Virus record (IMG/VR): IMGVR_UViG_3300025282_000055
Span: 1 to 48,872 of that record
Direction: 5' to 3' (one strand)
Length of the DNA stretch: 48,872 nucleotides
DNA from: a virus
Taxonomy: Duplodnaviria > Caudoviricetes
The notes under the pieces are model-generated. The model saw nothing but the letters and a program-made list of their open reading frames with translations, was not told the origin of the DNA and ran no database searches. A program made the position numbers and the translations under genes. The first letter of the stretch is position 1. Each line of letters starts with the position of its first letter. This document shows, piece by piece, positions 12,301-20,332 of the stretch.

Positions 12301-15300
12301 ACACAAGATGTATTTAGAGTAGTTACAAATTTTGGAGAGATTTCAGTAGCTCATAGTATGGGGCAAATTCCTATTGAGAGTTTTAGTCAAGTAGATTTTG
12401 TTGCTAAACTTGATGGTAGAGATATTGCATTTAGATATGATGTAGGAACTAAGAAGATTAAAATTGTAGATCATTTATATGATGTTCAAGAAAAACATAA
12501 TGGATTTGTTGGAGATAATCAGAAAGTTAAAGCTATATCTGATAAAAATAAAAAGCTTTTAACTTTGTATGTTCAAGAATTAGAAACAATGTTAACTGCT
12601 AAAGATACAGATTTAAGTGAAATTAATATTTCAGGATTACATACTTTGATGAAGCATGGTTATATTATGGCTAGAACTAAGGTTGACACTAAAGGTCCTG
12701 ATGGGCAATTAATTCCTGCTGGCACTAGGTATATGAAGAATGTTAAGCCTGAAATTAAAAAGTTTTTTGAAAAAGTCAATATGGGTTTATTGTCTACAAA
12801 TGTGGCTATTCCTAAAAAAGCTTTGGATGTAGGTGTGAATAGAATTAAAGAAGTATTGCATCAAGATTTTGGCAATCATACTATATTAAATGCACATGAT
12901 TTAAGAGTAATGCATCAACGAGATGGTGACGGAGATCATTTATATGGTTATACTAATTTGCCTAGAAAATTTGTAGAGTTTTCTATTAGAAGAATGGGCG
13001 TTATTAAAGATTATCAACAATTGCCAAGAACTCCTCACGATGTGAATATATTAGGGCTTGATCAGAAGAATAGAATAGGAGAAATTTCAGAAGATGTTGG
13101 ATTTACAGATCTAAAGAACAAAGTAAATGCAAGTAAGTTTGCTATAGGCGAGTTGATTCAATTAAAAAATATTGTTAATACTGCCAAAAATATGGGGATT
13201 AAATTCAATCATAGAGACGGAACAGTTAGTGAGTTTGAAAACCTTACTGATATTGATGGATTAAAAAATATTATAGGCAGCAGACCTTATGAAGTTATGA
13301 TTCAAATGGGACTTATTAATCAAAATAGTGTTGATATATGGGGTGGTGGAACTGATATAGCTGCTCATATGAGAGGTGCATTACTGAATGGAGATGTGCC
13401 TAAAGAGATACAACAAAAACTTGGTATTAATTTTAGAGGGGTTGTTACTAATAGTGCTAAATTTAGACAACTTTCTTCTGATACTGCTCCTTCTAAAATA
13501 GATGTTGTTGAAAGAAATTTAAATCGTGATATTCAAAATATGGTATTGAATGTATTAAAACGTTCATCATCTATGTTTAGTGATCCGTTTAATGATGGAG
13601 GTCAATTTACACCATCTGATTTTTATGTTAAGTCTGTTCATAATGAAATGAAATCATTTTTGTCTAATCCTAATGAATATCTAGTTGCTAGATTATTTAG
13701 AAAATATACTGGCAATTTATCTATGCAACAAGCAATACTTAATACATTTTATAAAGATTATAAATCTGCAGAAGCTGTTCAAGATGCTAGTAGAATCAAA
13801 GAATTTATTGGGGATGTTATGAGAGGTAAAGTTAAATCTCCTAATCATAAATTTATTACTATTGAGCAAGGAGTAAGAGAAGGTGGCAGATATATTAATG
13901 CTACCAAGTCACTGAAAAAGGGTAAAATTCCAGCTCTTATAGAAACAGATGATTCAGGGCTATTACTAAATGAAATAGCTAAAAGAGGTATATTGAGAGA
14001 TAAGGATTATTATGGCGATATGTTAGAAGCAAATAAAGATGTATCATTAGCTGATTTTATTAATAGAACTGGTAATTTGTTAAATAGAGTTACAATGTAT
14101 CGTTCATTTTTTCCAAATGTAGAACCGTCTACTAGAATGAGTGAAGAATTAGAAACTGCAGAAGATTATTTTAGAGTAGGTTTGCCAGTTAAGGATAAAA
14201 AGAAAGGTACATTAAATTGGCATAATAAAGAAATGCGTTCTGTGGCACATCATTTATTAGGAAGGGATGCTGGTCGATTAAAGGTAGAAATTGCTAAAAT
14301 GGAGGGATTTAAGGGCAAAATCAATGAATATGAAAAGAGTGTAGTGTTAAATAAGTTAGCAGATATTGAAAGTACTTTACAGATATTAGATAAAATGGCG
14401 ATGAAAGAATTGATTGACCCTAAGGTTAAGGTTAATATTATTAACACAACTAAATTGAAGAAAAGGTCTTATAATGCAAAACATATAGGTAAAGCTGTTC
14501 ATATATATAGCATTAAAGGAGAACATTTAGATGCTAAAGCAGTTTCTGAGTTAAATTTAAATCAATTGGAGTATGTTGGCAAAGCTTCTAATGGTGATTA
14601 TAAAACATTCTTTAAAGGACGTACTTATATTGAAGTGAAAAATCCATTAGTAAGAAAATATATAGGGGATAAAGAATCTTTGGAAGCTATAGCATTGCAT
14701 GAAGCAATTGATATGACAACCAATGTAGAAAATATTATTCCTAATAAAAATAGAAGAATAGAATTTTATGATGATTTATATGAATTACAAAAGACGATTA
14801 ATGCAGATTATACTATGGCTAGAAAAGCGTTAATTGAAACTCCAGCTCAGAAAAATAAAGCTTTTGAATTTGCTGGTGACAGAGACCAAATGGAATTGGA
14901 AACTTTTTTAGAAACATGGAATCCAAAATCAAGAACTCAATTGAACGAAGAGCAGCTTATGCTTAGAGATATAGAATTAATTAAACTTATTGTAAAACCA
15001 AGAGCTGTTCCAGGTGAATATGTTGAGGTTGATAATTTACATTTACCTTATTTATCTTTAAATAGCAATTTATTCAGAACATCTTTGCAATATATGAAGA
15101 ATAAAGGATATTTTACTCAGAATCATGATGGTACGGTAGAGATGCCTAAAGAACTTGAATCTATTTTAGAATATCAAAGAGAAGCAGTTAAGAAAATGCA
15201 AGGAGTAAGGCCTGATAATGATGCTTTTTATAGATTAATAAAGAATCACTCTATTGCTAATGATATTTCTTCTAATGCCTTTGAGAAATTAGGAGAAAGT

Positions 15301-15486
15301 GCTGAAATAATTAAATATTTATTTGATGATTGGGATTTTATGCCTCCAGAAATAGCTAACATATTAAAAACTGATTCATATGAAGGTGTAAATTATACAT
15401 TAAAGAATACAGGTACCAAAGGTAAGAAAAGTAAGGTTATATTTAGAAGAAAGAAAAAGAATAAACGAGATGGTTGTCCAGAATAG
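6301..15486 (+). CDS. Giant virion protein, putative single-chain two-barrel (DPBB) RNA polymerase
   Basis: 3061 aa; 'QRDGDGDHLY' (DxDGD, nt 12922-12936) preceded by 'QIDGNIS...VLVKGYM...GESTAK', in the order expected for the DG/KG/SxxK motifs; N-terminal Gly-rich ejection-like region. Confidence 0.7.
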   Translation: MALEYGEFNEFNLFDDSNLGGFNIGGSGTPDYLSSFSQADFSNDIAIGRASETGSLADFLYGGITGAVSGMTFGLLRFGPEEENQTMAYRMGAGLGNVGSLVAPWGPFGLAGKASRYGISGLSKGGRAISKAASSKVAKDMSSKGLGEKYLKSQLDKQLLKDKATRQYIARHGISDDELIKANDLLQRNLAAGLKSSFKTSGKTVDDRIANEIAEKVAVELRKPGRHINTIEDWVESAIGTRFPRMMGNPAKYLGMAAQDFYLFASHNLISAGVGNMVHDDQIGLTDLGKNVKHSLVLAGIFPGIRAIPGGGKYTLKQGAELFRTKRGLNSFRKEYRKTNYQDMVSTKKGEQSARGLLGMLTRGSDMNVQNVSLFKGMNFKVKNAAGKSVTYTPEKILTTLGDPKKMPASHVSQLLDKYRAVADKSFREWGAGYLREMLNVGQIARMTLGSLVMNSDMFTKGYYKYTPGPELFQHMAIGAMMTKGRGLWGRHEVSQWSRKFTKYQETYNYLNMEHGRLSEMVKAYDQNRQIGELFGVTVRGTRVGSQLYNAAWGEPNKNTQISTDYADGKVDQLKFEKVSEILKLANAMKLTEVADPLKFTPVDPKRLSKERIDELYERFNEIKFADGTSIKEYSLPDILSVTQIDVGMNNANFYYSFLDELARETGLPIVVKKDKTTGEFTGQVDYYPIIMDEMVDFSIGGKYEHSINKVKGLLDMLSAYKIANPKANSQFARKVLVEGEGADRKVVLEGEPGKDIGQILESMVERYMGHVVRNAHGNNNSMRFPFLETTDNPYLTSVLQGRMAQVRERAFRLANGKVTDDPKFQESEQNFLQMTDYFFKVNVDMVDIGPNHADIGKFLKKPPKVVSDKKESKLSDTEKAEQNERIDHLQRGVNEIHDWMKVGGNARIEQEGIKHTITIEEAEVLIESQKGLKLVFPIDEAYSIGFKHDLADYNVRRKLASIGFNEEALAVASAARDNGFFDLESKKILTPSALKKSLERRGDLDGAEIDNLTQKYSKIYDILSKHNAVSDLTDPVVGGDLFLIDPKGIQSVYDVTSKGLAPKIQATIDKTIKRIERSTKDEDITKLGVELNKLFADFNTYMEGISGRNNALGLAPNQVASEASIRTALEDFKVNSVKILQEIHNKVSGSSVIANEIQRVTSEINLLIQNYSEAPLGSVSNRYNPETIMTIGNAMTEIIKNETKSSKRLNENLARLSSLGNSSAYRGEIIAAQDRLLSEISKDLKRPDIIATMSLEDAIMEYVNNKSFESLSTIVNRVVEISARTQSWNEYERDNTEATQMLDNILKAKAAHNKNVTPMKVIKKFKLTSLDEPNKVDPEFVDLVSQAVEFPSPANDRAIEVFVQKRVGVGSPLLAEFKIQYPVLLKQLAGIGEYATVYSINEKSLEFENTVVTRKTLGGSSSSFLKALDLEGVGTLSDVVIIGDKKMTLNQFTKEHIQNLVNKNPLVDIKLQKKIAESTNRQEIEDAIAQSNKGISDVRNKLVLDLHAGSPLVLPLTEYNIKRVHEFFTQWHAVKVEKFLDAQGRRNFEYGTELLLAKSGRESLEAKMLLMNLDAINSGGFDKLFSQSHYRQDSKINYKKLQDKLLKLSKQGVNENYARVANGWLDLIKRTSGIDIDIRNAADKFSREGVSIQVISDEAYGEIKNLPDYPTSNKKVVTKHYDKIIANKDKKYTVDEISAARESKREALIMESLNSSQIDGNISILDHEFTMLNGAITGEKNNNGFKNNIAHNRDILGSQLEGVLVKGYMHENPFITKDGKINIGTTFLMGESTAKTLYGLNVNGNEIVPRRLDSNLNLVENLRLIKSTDTEGKLTIPFESIGFGYGSQPGENVLVSHSMSDFLGRDGIRAMSVYKGLINRVKQLSKLKSNFEQLHNNDQALALFQQAMDETGYDFTDGGYALAEVLLRNGAMSHHNSVIRQSVLGLFKSKVFDQIRRPTTEKGRDSYIVNDYVGDHAPPMFRTVKRNIPVDGISGKAIETQDVFRVVTNFGEISVAHSMGQIPIESFSQVDFVAKLDGRDIAFRYDVGTKKIKIVDHLYDVQEKHNGFVGDNQKVKAISDKNKKLLTLYVQELETMLTAKDTDLSEINISGLHTLMKHGYIMARTKVDTKGPDGQLIPAGTRYMKNVKPEIKKFFEKVNMGLLSTNVAIPKKALDVGVNRIKEVLHQDFGNHTILNAHDLRVMHQRDGDGDHLYGYTNLPRKFVEFSIRRMGVIKDYQQLPRTPHDVNILGLDQKNRIGEISEDVGFTDLKNKVNASKFAIGELIQLKNIVNTAKNMGIKFNHRDGTVSEFENLTDIDGLKNIIGSRPYEVMIQMGLINQNSVDIWGGGTDIAAHMRGALLNGDVPKEIQQKLGINFRGVVTNSAKFRQLSSDTAPSKIDVVERNLNRDIQNMVLNVLKRSSSMFSDPFNDGGQFTPSDFYVKSVHNEMKSFLSNPNEYLVARLFRKYTGNLSMQQAILNTFYKDYKSAEAVQDASRIKEFIGDVMRGKVKSPNHKFITIEQGVREGGRYINATKSLKKGKIPALIETDDSGLLLNEIAKRGILRDKDYYGDMLEANKDVSLADFINRTGNLLNRVTMYRSFFPNVEPSTRMSEELETAEDYFRVGLPVKDKKKGTLNWHNKEMRSVAHHLLGRDAGRLKVEIAKMEGFKGKINEYEKSVVLNKLADIESTLQILDKMAMKELIDPKVKVNIINTTKLKKRSYNAKHIGKAVHIYSIKGEHLDAKAVSELNLNQLEYVGKASNGDYKTFFKGRTYIEVKNPLVRKYIGDKESLEAIALHEAIDMTTNVENIIPNKNRRIEFYDDLYELQKTINADYTMARKALIETPAQKNKAFEFAGDRDQMELETFLETWNPKSRTQLNEEQLMLRDIELIKLIVKPRAVPGEYVEVDNLHLPYLSLNSNLFRTSLQYMKNKGYFTQNHDGTVEMPKELESILEYQREAVKKMQGVRPDNDAFYRLIKNHSIANDISSNAFEKLGESAEIIKYLFDDWDFMPPEIANILKTDSYEGVNYTLKNTGTKGKKSKVIFRRKKKNKRDGCPE

Positions 15487-15498
15487 AAAGGGGATATA

Positions 15499-18372
15499 AT
15501 GGGTGCAGGATTTGCATTAACTGCCAGTGGGTGTGAAGGCGTTGTTTCTGGAGAGATACTTTCTCATAGAGAAAGATTAGATGATTTAGTTGAACATTTT
15601 AATTCTAAGAAACTTACAACAGAAATATTTGGTAAAATCAAATCACTTGAGCAAGATGATATAGCTATTAGGGCATTAAGAGATTTTATTAGAGACACTA
15701 ATGAATCTTTAGATTTAGATGATTCTTTTATATTAAAACCAAGTCAAATTGCTAGAGTTAAAATGAGAATAGATCAACATGAAAGACAGGTTGGTAAAAA
15801 ATTTGGATATTTGCAATCTTTAGTTAAAATACCAAGAGCAATATTAGAAAAGAGTCCTATAACTAAAGGGTTTTATAAAGAGCTTGATCTTGTTAAAAAC
15901 TTTGAAAGAAACCAAATGGTTAATCAATCTGATAAAAGTAGAACTATCAGTAAAAGTATGAGGCTTGCATTTATAGAAGAAGGTGTTGAAACAGGGTTTA
16001 TTGGTATTAAAACTTTTAATGAAATTATGAAAAGGGAAAATAATCAAAGAACCGCTAATGATCCCCAAGAAAGAATGAAACATGCAGCAGAAGTAGATGA
16101 GATTATTAAATCACAAGAAGGTAGATTGATACGTGATTTTATTAATTTAATGAATGTAAATAACGTAGGATTTCAAAAGAAAATTAAAGAAGGTATAGCA
16201 GATTTACCTGGAGAAAGATTAGAAGCTGAAGCAGGAAGAGTTGGTAAGGCATATAATGGTAACTTAGTAAGAGCTGTTGAAACAGCCAGATCATTATTAA
16301 GTGACCTTGGAAGGGTGAATGTTAATGCTTTACGGAAATTGAGAGACGCTTTTTGGATACAAAGTACAGGTAAGCCATATAATAAAAATAAAGAAGCAGA
16401 AGTATACACTCCATATTTAAAATCTTTTAATAAATCTATTAGAGGAGCTATAAAAAGAATGGAAGTAAGCATTAAAGAAGGGGGTTATTTTCCTAGTGTA
16501 GCAGTTTCAGAGGTAATGGAATTAAAATCCAGGGCTAATAAAATATTATCAGAAGAGAATAATTTAAGAATAGGTGATTTAATTCATAGTTTGGCACGAG
16601 ATATGGATACTATGGTTAAATTGGATCCTCCTGCAAATGTGAAAGCAAGAAATACTTTAGTAGAGAGAGACTTTTCTAAAAATCCATTCTTTATTCTTGA
16701 GACTTATGGAGCACAAGCAATACAGTTTAATAAATTAAATACTATTGCAACTGAATATCAAAAAGTATTAAAAATTATGGCTAAACCTGAAATAACAGCT
16801 GAATGGGTGAAAGGATTAGGAGATTATGTACATGATGAATATACTCTTGCTACTAAAGGATTAGCAAATAGACCTGCTTGGTTAAATAAAACTGTTAGAA
16901 CTTTAAAGGTTGCTGAAACATTAAAAGCAATGGGATTTGGTATACCAGGAGCTGTGCGAAATATTGGTGGAGCTCACTTTTTCTTAGTAAATATGGGGAG
17001 ATCTCGTATTAAAAACTCTTTAGGGCTTTATAATAGCGGTGTATATAGCAATACTTCTATTAAGGAATTGGTTAATGCTATAGAGAAAGAACAGGGTTTT
17101 GGTTTTGGTGAGATAGGAACAGAATTAGTAACTCAAGGATTGCTTACAAAGGAAGGTGAAGAGAGATTAGATTTCAGATTTAATCCATCTACTGGTCAGA
17201 TAGAATCTAAAGACACATCTTCGAATACTTGGAAATTATTTGAAAAAACACAGAATTGGGGTGTAAATAAAGCTTTAGTATTTCATAGAATAGGTGAGAA
17301 CTTTACACGTAAATGGATGTTTAGAATGGGATTAGTGGATGCTTTAGAGGTGTTTAGAGGACAATCAGATTATTGGGCTAAACATGGGGGACAAAAATTA
17401 AATGCAGGCAATTGGAAAAGTAATCATTTAGCTAGACAAGCTGCTAATGCTGCTTTGTGGTCAGTAAATAAATTTGCTGGTGAGTATGCGTTACATGCTA
17501 AATCTAGAATATTGACTGGTGTACCTGGAAAGGTTAATGTTAATGGTGAATTAATTAATAAAATAGAAGTAGGGGCAACTTCTCTTACGTCTTTAGGTAC
17601 AGGATTATTGCATTATCCTATGTTTATATTAGATATGCAGTATAAACAGATTGAAGGGGCCCTACATGGCCTTGGAGCTGGAATGTGGTATGGTCATACT
17701 CAATGGGATTCACCTGAAATGAAGTATCTTGCTAAATATGCAGCATTTTTTGGATTTTTACAAGTATTATCTGTTGGTTTGAATACAGATTTAAATAGAG
17801 TAATTGAAAATGACCCTTTAAATCGTCTTGCAGATGTGAAGCGTGAAATTGCTGGTCCTGATCCAGAAGATATGAATGATGACGGAACATTGAAAGAGGG
17901 TGCTAGAGGACATTATGGAATATTGTCTGAATTTACTGGCCCTTTACCTGATGATCTTGCTTTTGTTCTTATGCAAACTGGAGTAGCTAAGATGCCTGAT
18001 GATGAAATTGGAAGGATTTTATTTGGATATGATCATTTATTAGAGTCAGAAGAAGGCGAAGCTAAAGATAGAGCTTATTGGAATAGAATGGGAACTTTCT
18101 TTGGATTTATGGCCAATAAAACTATACCAGCCATTAGGGATGGAAGAGGATGGGACATATTACGACATTCTTTTTCTGCATGGCCTAGTACATATACTAA
18201 AGGCGGCAGAACATTTGTTAATAAGTATATACCAGGGACATTTAAAGAAGCTAAAAGCAGAGCAATTACTCGTTCATCTCTAGCAAGAAAGAAAACTAGA
18301 TTAGCTGGAAGATCTCCTATTGATGAGTTAGAAAGATTATTTGCAAGAAAGGAAGCTCTAGGGGGCTTATAA
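15499..18372 (+). CDS. Large internal virion protein
   Basis: 957 aa, helical with hydrophobic C-terminal segments; last gene of the + block, directly after the putative vRNAP. Confidence 0.55.
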   Translation: MGAGFALTASGCEGVVSGEILSHRERLDDLVEHFNSKKLTTEIFGKIKSLEQDDIAIRALRDFIRDTNESLDLDDSFILKPSQIARVKMRIDQHERQVGKKFGYLQSLVKIPRAILEKSPITKGFYKELDLVKNFERNQMVNQSDKSRTISKSMRLAFIEEGVETGFIGIKTFNEIMKRENNQRTANDPQERMKHAAEVDEIIKSQEGRLIRDFINLMNVNNVGFQKKIKEGIADLPGERLEAEAGRVGKAYNGNLVRAVETARSLLSDLGRVNVNALRKLRDAFWIQSTGKPYNKNKEAEVYTPYLKSFNKSIRGAIKRMEVSIKEGGYFPSVAVSEVMELKSRANKILSEENNLRIGDLIHSLARDMDTMVKLDPPANVKARNTLVERDFSKNPFFILETYGAQAIQFNKLNTIATEYQKVLKIMAKPEITAEWVKGLGDYVHDEYTLATKGLANRPAWLNKTVRTLKVAETLKAMGFGIPGAVRNIGGAHFFLVNMGRSRIKNSLGLYNSGVYSNTSIKELVNAIEKEQGFGFGEIGTELVTQGLLTKEGEERLDFRFNPSTGQIESKDTSSNTWKLFEKTQNWGVNKALVFHRIGENFTRKWMFRMGLVDALEVFRGQSDYWAKHGGQKLNAGNWKSNHLARQAANAALWSVNKFAGEYALHAKSRILTGVPGKVNVNGELINKIEVGATSLTSLGTGLLHYPMFILDMQYKQIEGALHGLGAGMWYGHTQWDSPEMKYLAKYAAFFGFLQVLSVGLNTDLNRVIENDPLNRLADVKREIAGPDPEDMNDDGTLKEGARGHYGILSEFTGPLPDDLAFVLMQTGVAKMPDDEIGRILFGYDHLLESEEGEAKDRAYWNRMGTFFGFMANKTIPAIRDGRGWDILRHSFSAWPSTYTKGGRTFVNKYIPGTFKEAKSRAITRSSLARKKTRLAGRSPIDELERLFARKEALGGL

Positions 18373-18379
18373 AGGAGGC

Positions 18380-18407
18380 GGGTGTAGCCGAAAGGGGAAC
18401 TACACCC
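18380..18407. terminator. Hairpin at the convergence of + and - gene blocks
   Basis: GGGTGTAG (18380-87) / CTACACCC (18400-07) with an internal CC-GAAA-GG; no clean poly-U tail. Confidence 0.5.
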
Positions 18408-18424
18408 TATGGACGACGAGCAGA

Positions 18425-18595
18425 CTAAAAACTATCGTCTACTCGCAGACAAACTTTCATATTGAATCTCCATATTGTTAATTCTATTCCTATTCCTATT
18501 AGTTCGTTTTTCATAAATGTAATTGCAAATGGAAATATCCATATATATGAAAACCCCTTTCTTATATCACATCCTATCAAATCATTTTCCTTCAT
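18425..18595 (-). CDS. Small hypothetical protein (56 aa; not in ORF track)
   Basis: MKENDLIGCDIRKGFSYIWIFPFAITF...; TAATG overlap with the upstream resolvase gene; AGGAG upstream. Confidence 0.55.
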   Translation of the reverse strand: MKENDLIGCDIRKGFSYIWIFPFAITFMKNELIGIGIELTIWRFNMKVCLRVDDSF

Positions 18596-18966
18596 TAAAT
18601 CTCCTTTAATTTAATTTCTAATTCAAGCATTTCTTTTAAGAGCTCTATAAAGTGATCAAAGTCTAGTGTTGCATAGATTTTAGATCTGTTACGTTTAAAG
18701 ATTAATACAGGTTGCCTGTCTTCACAATTAGATTCTGCTTGTTCTAAAGATTTCCATAGATTTAATCTTTCTTGATTTTTACATTCAAAGCTATAGGGTA
18801 TAACTTTCTTAGCTGCTGGCGATAATACTATATCTTCTCCACTCATACCCATAACTTGGGATTCAATATCATTCGTCTCAAGAGTCTCCATATACACAGA
18901 GCGAATCCGATCCCTTACTAGGTTCTGCAGTTTTCTTCCCTTGTTCTTTGCGGAACGTGCCTTCAT
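18595..18966 (-). CDS. Holliday junction resolvase (PD-(D/E)xK, Hjc-like)
   Basis: 'KNKGRKLQNLV...GEDIVL...SFECKNQERLNLWKSLEQAE...PVLIFKRNRS'. Confidence 0.8.
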   Translation of the reverse strand: MKARSAKNKGRKLQNLVRDRIRSVYMETLETNDIESQVMGMSGEDIVLSPAAKKVIPYSFECKNQERLNLWKSLEQAESNCEDRQPVLIFKRNRSKIYATLDFDHFIELLKEMLELEIKLKEI

Positions 18967-19123
18967 AATATCCCTCCCGTACTCTTTTTAGAGCCATTTG
19001 TTTTTCATATTTTACATTAATTTTCTGCACCCTCATATCATCACTTTCGTCTGGATGTAGATCCTTATATGTTTCTATCATAGAATCAACATGTTGTTTG
19101 AGTTTAATTAAATCCTCAATCAT
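18878..19123 (-). CDS. Hypothetical protein
   Basis: Probable start 19123 (ATGA overlap with upstream gene); 3' end overlaps the resolvase by 89 nt. Confidence 0.45.
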   Translation of the reverse strand: MIEDLIKLKQHVDSMIETYKDLHPDESDDMRVQKINVKYEKQMALKRVREGYYEGTFRKEQGKKTAEPSKGSDSLCVYGDS

Positions 19124-19398
19124 GATATATATTTCCAACAATATGTTTGCTTTCCATACGGCCCCATTCGCTTTTCATCTGTCTTTTCTAGCTTACCTTC
19201 AGAAGTTAGATCTGTAATAGCTCTTCTTATACTAGTTATTGGCCAATTTTGGCCTGTTGCAGCCTCGATTTCGAATGGAGTAAGGGTCATGTTAGGGTTA
19301 GCTTCAAAAACTCTGTAAATGATATCTTGTTGCCTATCAGAATTTTGTCTACTATTTTGTAAAGTTCCCTCTGTTTCATTATTAGTATTATAATACAT
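19120..19398 (-). CDS. Winged helix-turn-helix DNA-binding protein
   Basis: 'LTPFEIEAATGQNWPITSIRRAITDLTSEGKLEKT...GPYGK' wHTH pattern. Confidence 0.65.
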   Translation of the reverse strand: MYYNTNNETEGTLQNSRQNSDRQQDIIYRVFEANPNMTLTPFEIEAATGQNWPITSIRRAITDLTSEGKLEKTDEKRMGPYGKQTYCWKYIS

Positions 19399-19625
19399 TA
19401 AAAACCTTCCAATCCTAGACGTTTCATAGCTCTATTTACTCTGTCTCTTATTTTATGCAACTCTTTATATATTTCGTCTAAGTTATCTGCTAGCTCTTTC
19501 TTTAAATGATTTATTTGTGCGTCATGCTTTTTAAGGTTTTCTTTGAATACATTCTTATCAAATGTAGTAACTTGGTTTTTTTGTGTAACGGGGGTTACAT
19601 CTTTTTTTACTTTTTCTTTTGCCAT
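19398..19625 (-). CDS. Small coiled-coil hypothetical protein
   Basis: 75 aa, RBS AGGAG, translationally coupled. Confidence 0.55.
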   Translation of the reverse strand: MAKEKVKKDVTPVTQKNQVTTFDKNVFKENLKKHDAQINHLKKELADNLDEIYKELHKIRDRVNRAMKRLGLEGF

Positions 19626-19795
19626 TTTAGTAGCTCCTTTTCTTCTTTTCTAAGTTCTAATTGATGCTCATATCTAGCTCGTTTAATTTTCATTCTTATA
19701 GTCATATGAGTATATGAATCACCTCTTAAATTATGCCCTAGTTTTAGATCTTTTGAATCTATATTTATAAAATGCATAAATTCAGTAGCTCTCAT
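19607..19795 (-). CDS. Hypothetical protein
   Basis: 62 aa, TAATG-coupled within the operon. Confidence 0.5.
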   Translation of the reverse strand: MRATEFMHFINIDSKDLKLGHNLRGDSYTHMTIRMKIKRARYEHQLELRKEEKELLKWQKKK

Positions 19796-20109
19796 TAGTT
19801 AATACCTTCATCTTTATTGATCATGCCCCATAATATGATTAAATACACAAGAGCATCTGTTATTCTGCCCCTTACGTCTTCTCTTTGTGATTTATGTCCA
19901 TTTATATATGCAGCTATTCCATCAACATGTTTCATAAGATATACCCACAAGACAAACTTTCTATCTGATCCTGTTTGATCTGCTATTCTATCAAAGTTAG
20001 CGAATACATTATCTTCATCATGAGCATATTCTTTTTGTCCTTCTTTATGCATCTTAAGGATTGAATCAAATATTGTATTCATTAACTCTATCATTTCTTT
20101 ACTCTTCAT
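19795..20109 (-). CDS. All-alpha NTP-pyrophosphatase-like protein (DUF1599/Nmad1-like)
   Basis: 'KEGQKEYA...FANF...LMKHVD...RITDALVYLIIL' pattern. Confidence 0.5.
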   Translation of the reverse strand: MKSKEMIELMNTIFDSILKMHKEGQKEYAHDEDNVFANFDRIADQTGSDRKFVLWVYLMKHVDGIAAYINGHKSQREDVRGRITDALVYLIILWGMINKDEGIN

Positions 20110-20320
20110 TCCATACTCCTACCATATCATGAAATTCTCGTAATTTACTTAATGTCAAGTATATATGATCATCTCTTTTATCTTCTTCATAGTGTTTTTG
20201 TTCAGTTTCCAGATATACATTTAATACCTTGTTTACATCTTCCATAGCATCTTCAACAGCATATTGCCATTCACCAAATGCAGCTGCTACTTTTTTACAA
20301 CAGTTTTTATCTAAGTTCAT
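20099..20320 (-). CDS. Hypothetical protein
   Basis: 73 aa, RBS GAGG. Confidence 0.5.
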   Translation of the reverse strand: MNLDKNCCKKVAAAFGEWQYAVEDAMEDVNKVLNVYLETEQKHYEEDKRDDHIYLTLSKLREFHDMVGVWNEE

Positions 20321-20332
20321 CTTATTACCTCT

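Noticed and set aside
18358-18372. C-terminal GG in other proteins (…ALGGL; also …DGGK at 48687) as extra Ubl-type conjugation tails
   Set aside because: No beta-grasp context; GG near a terminus is common by chance.
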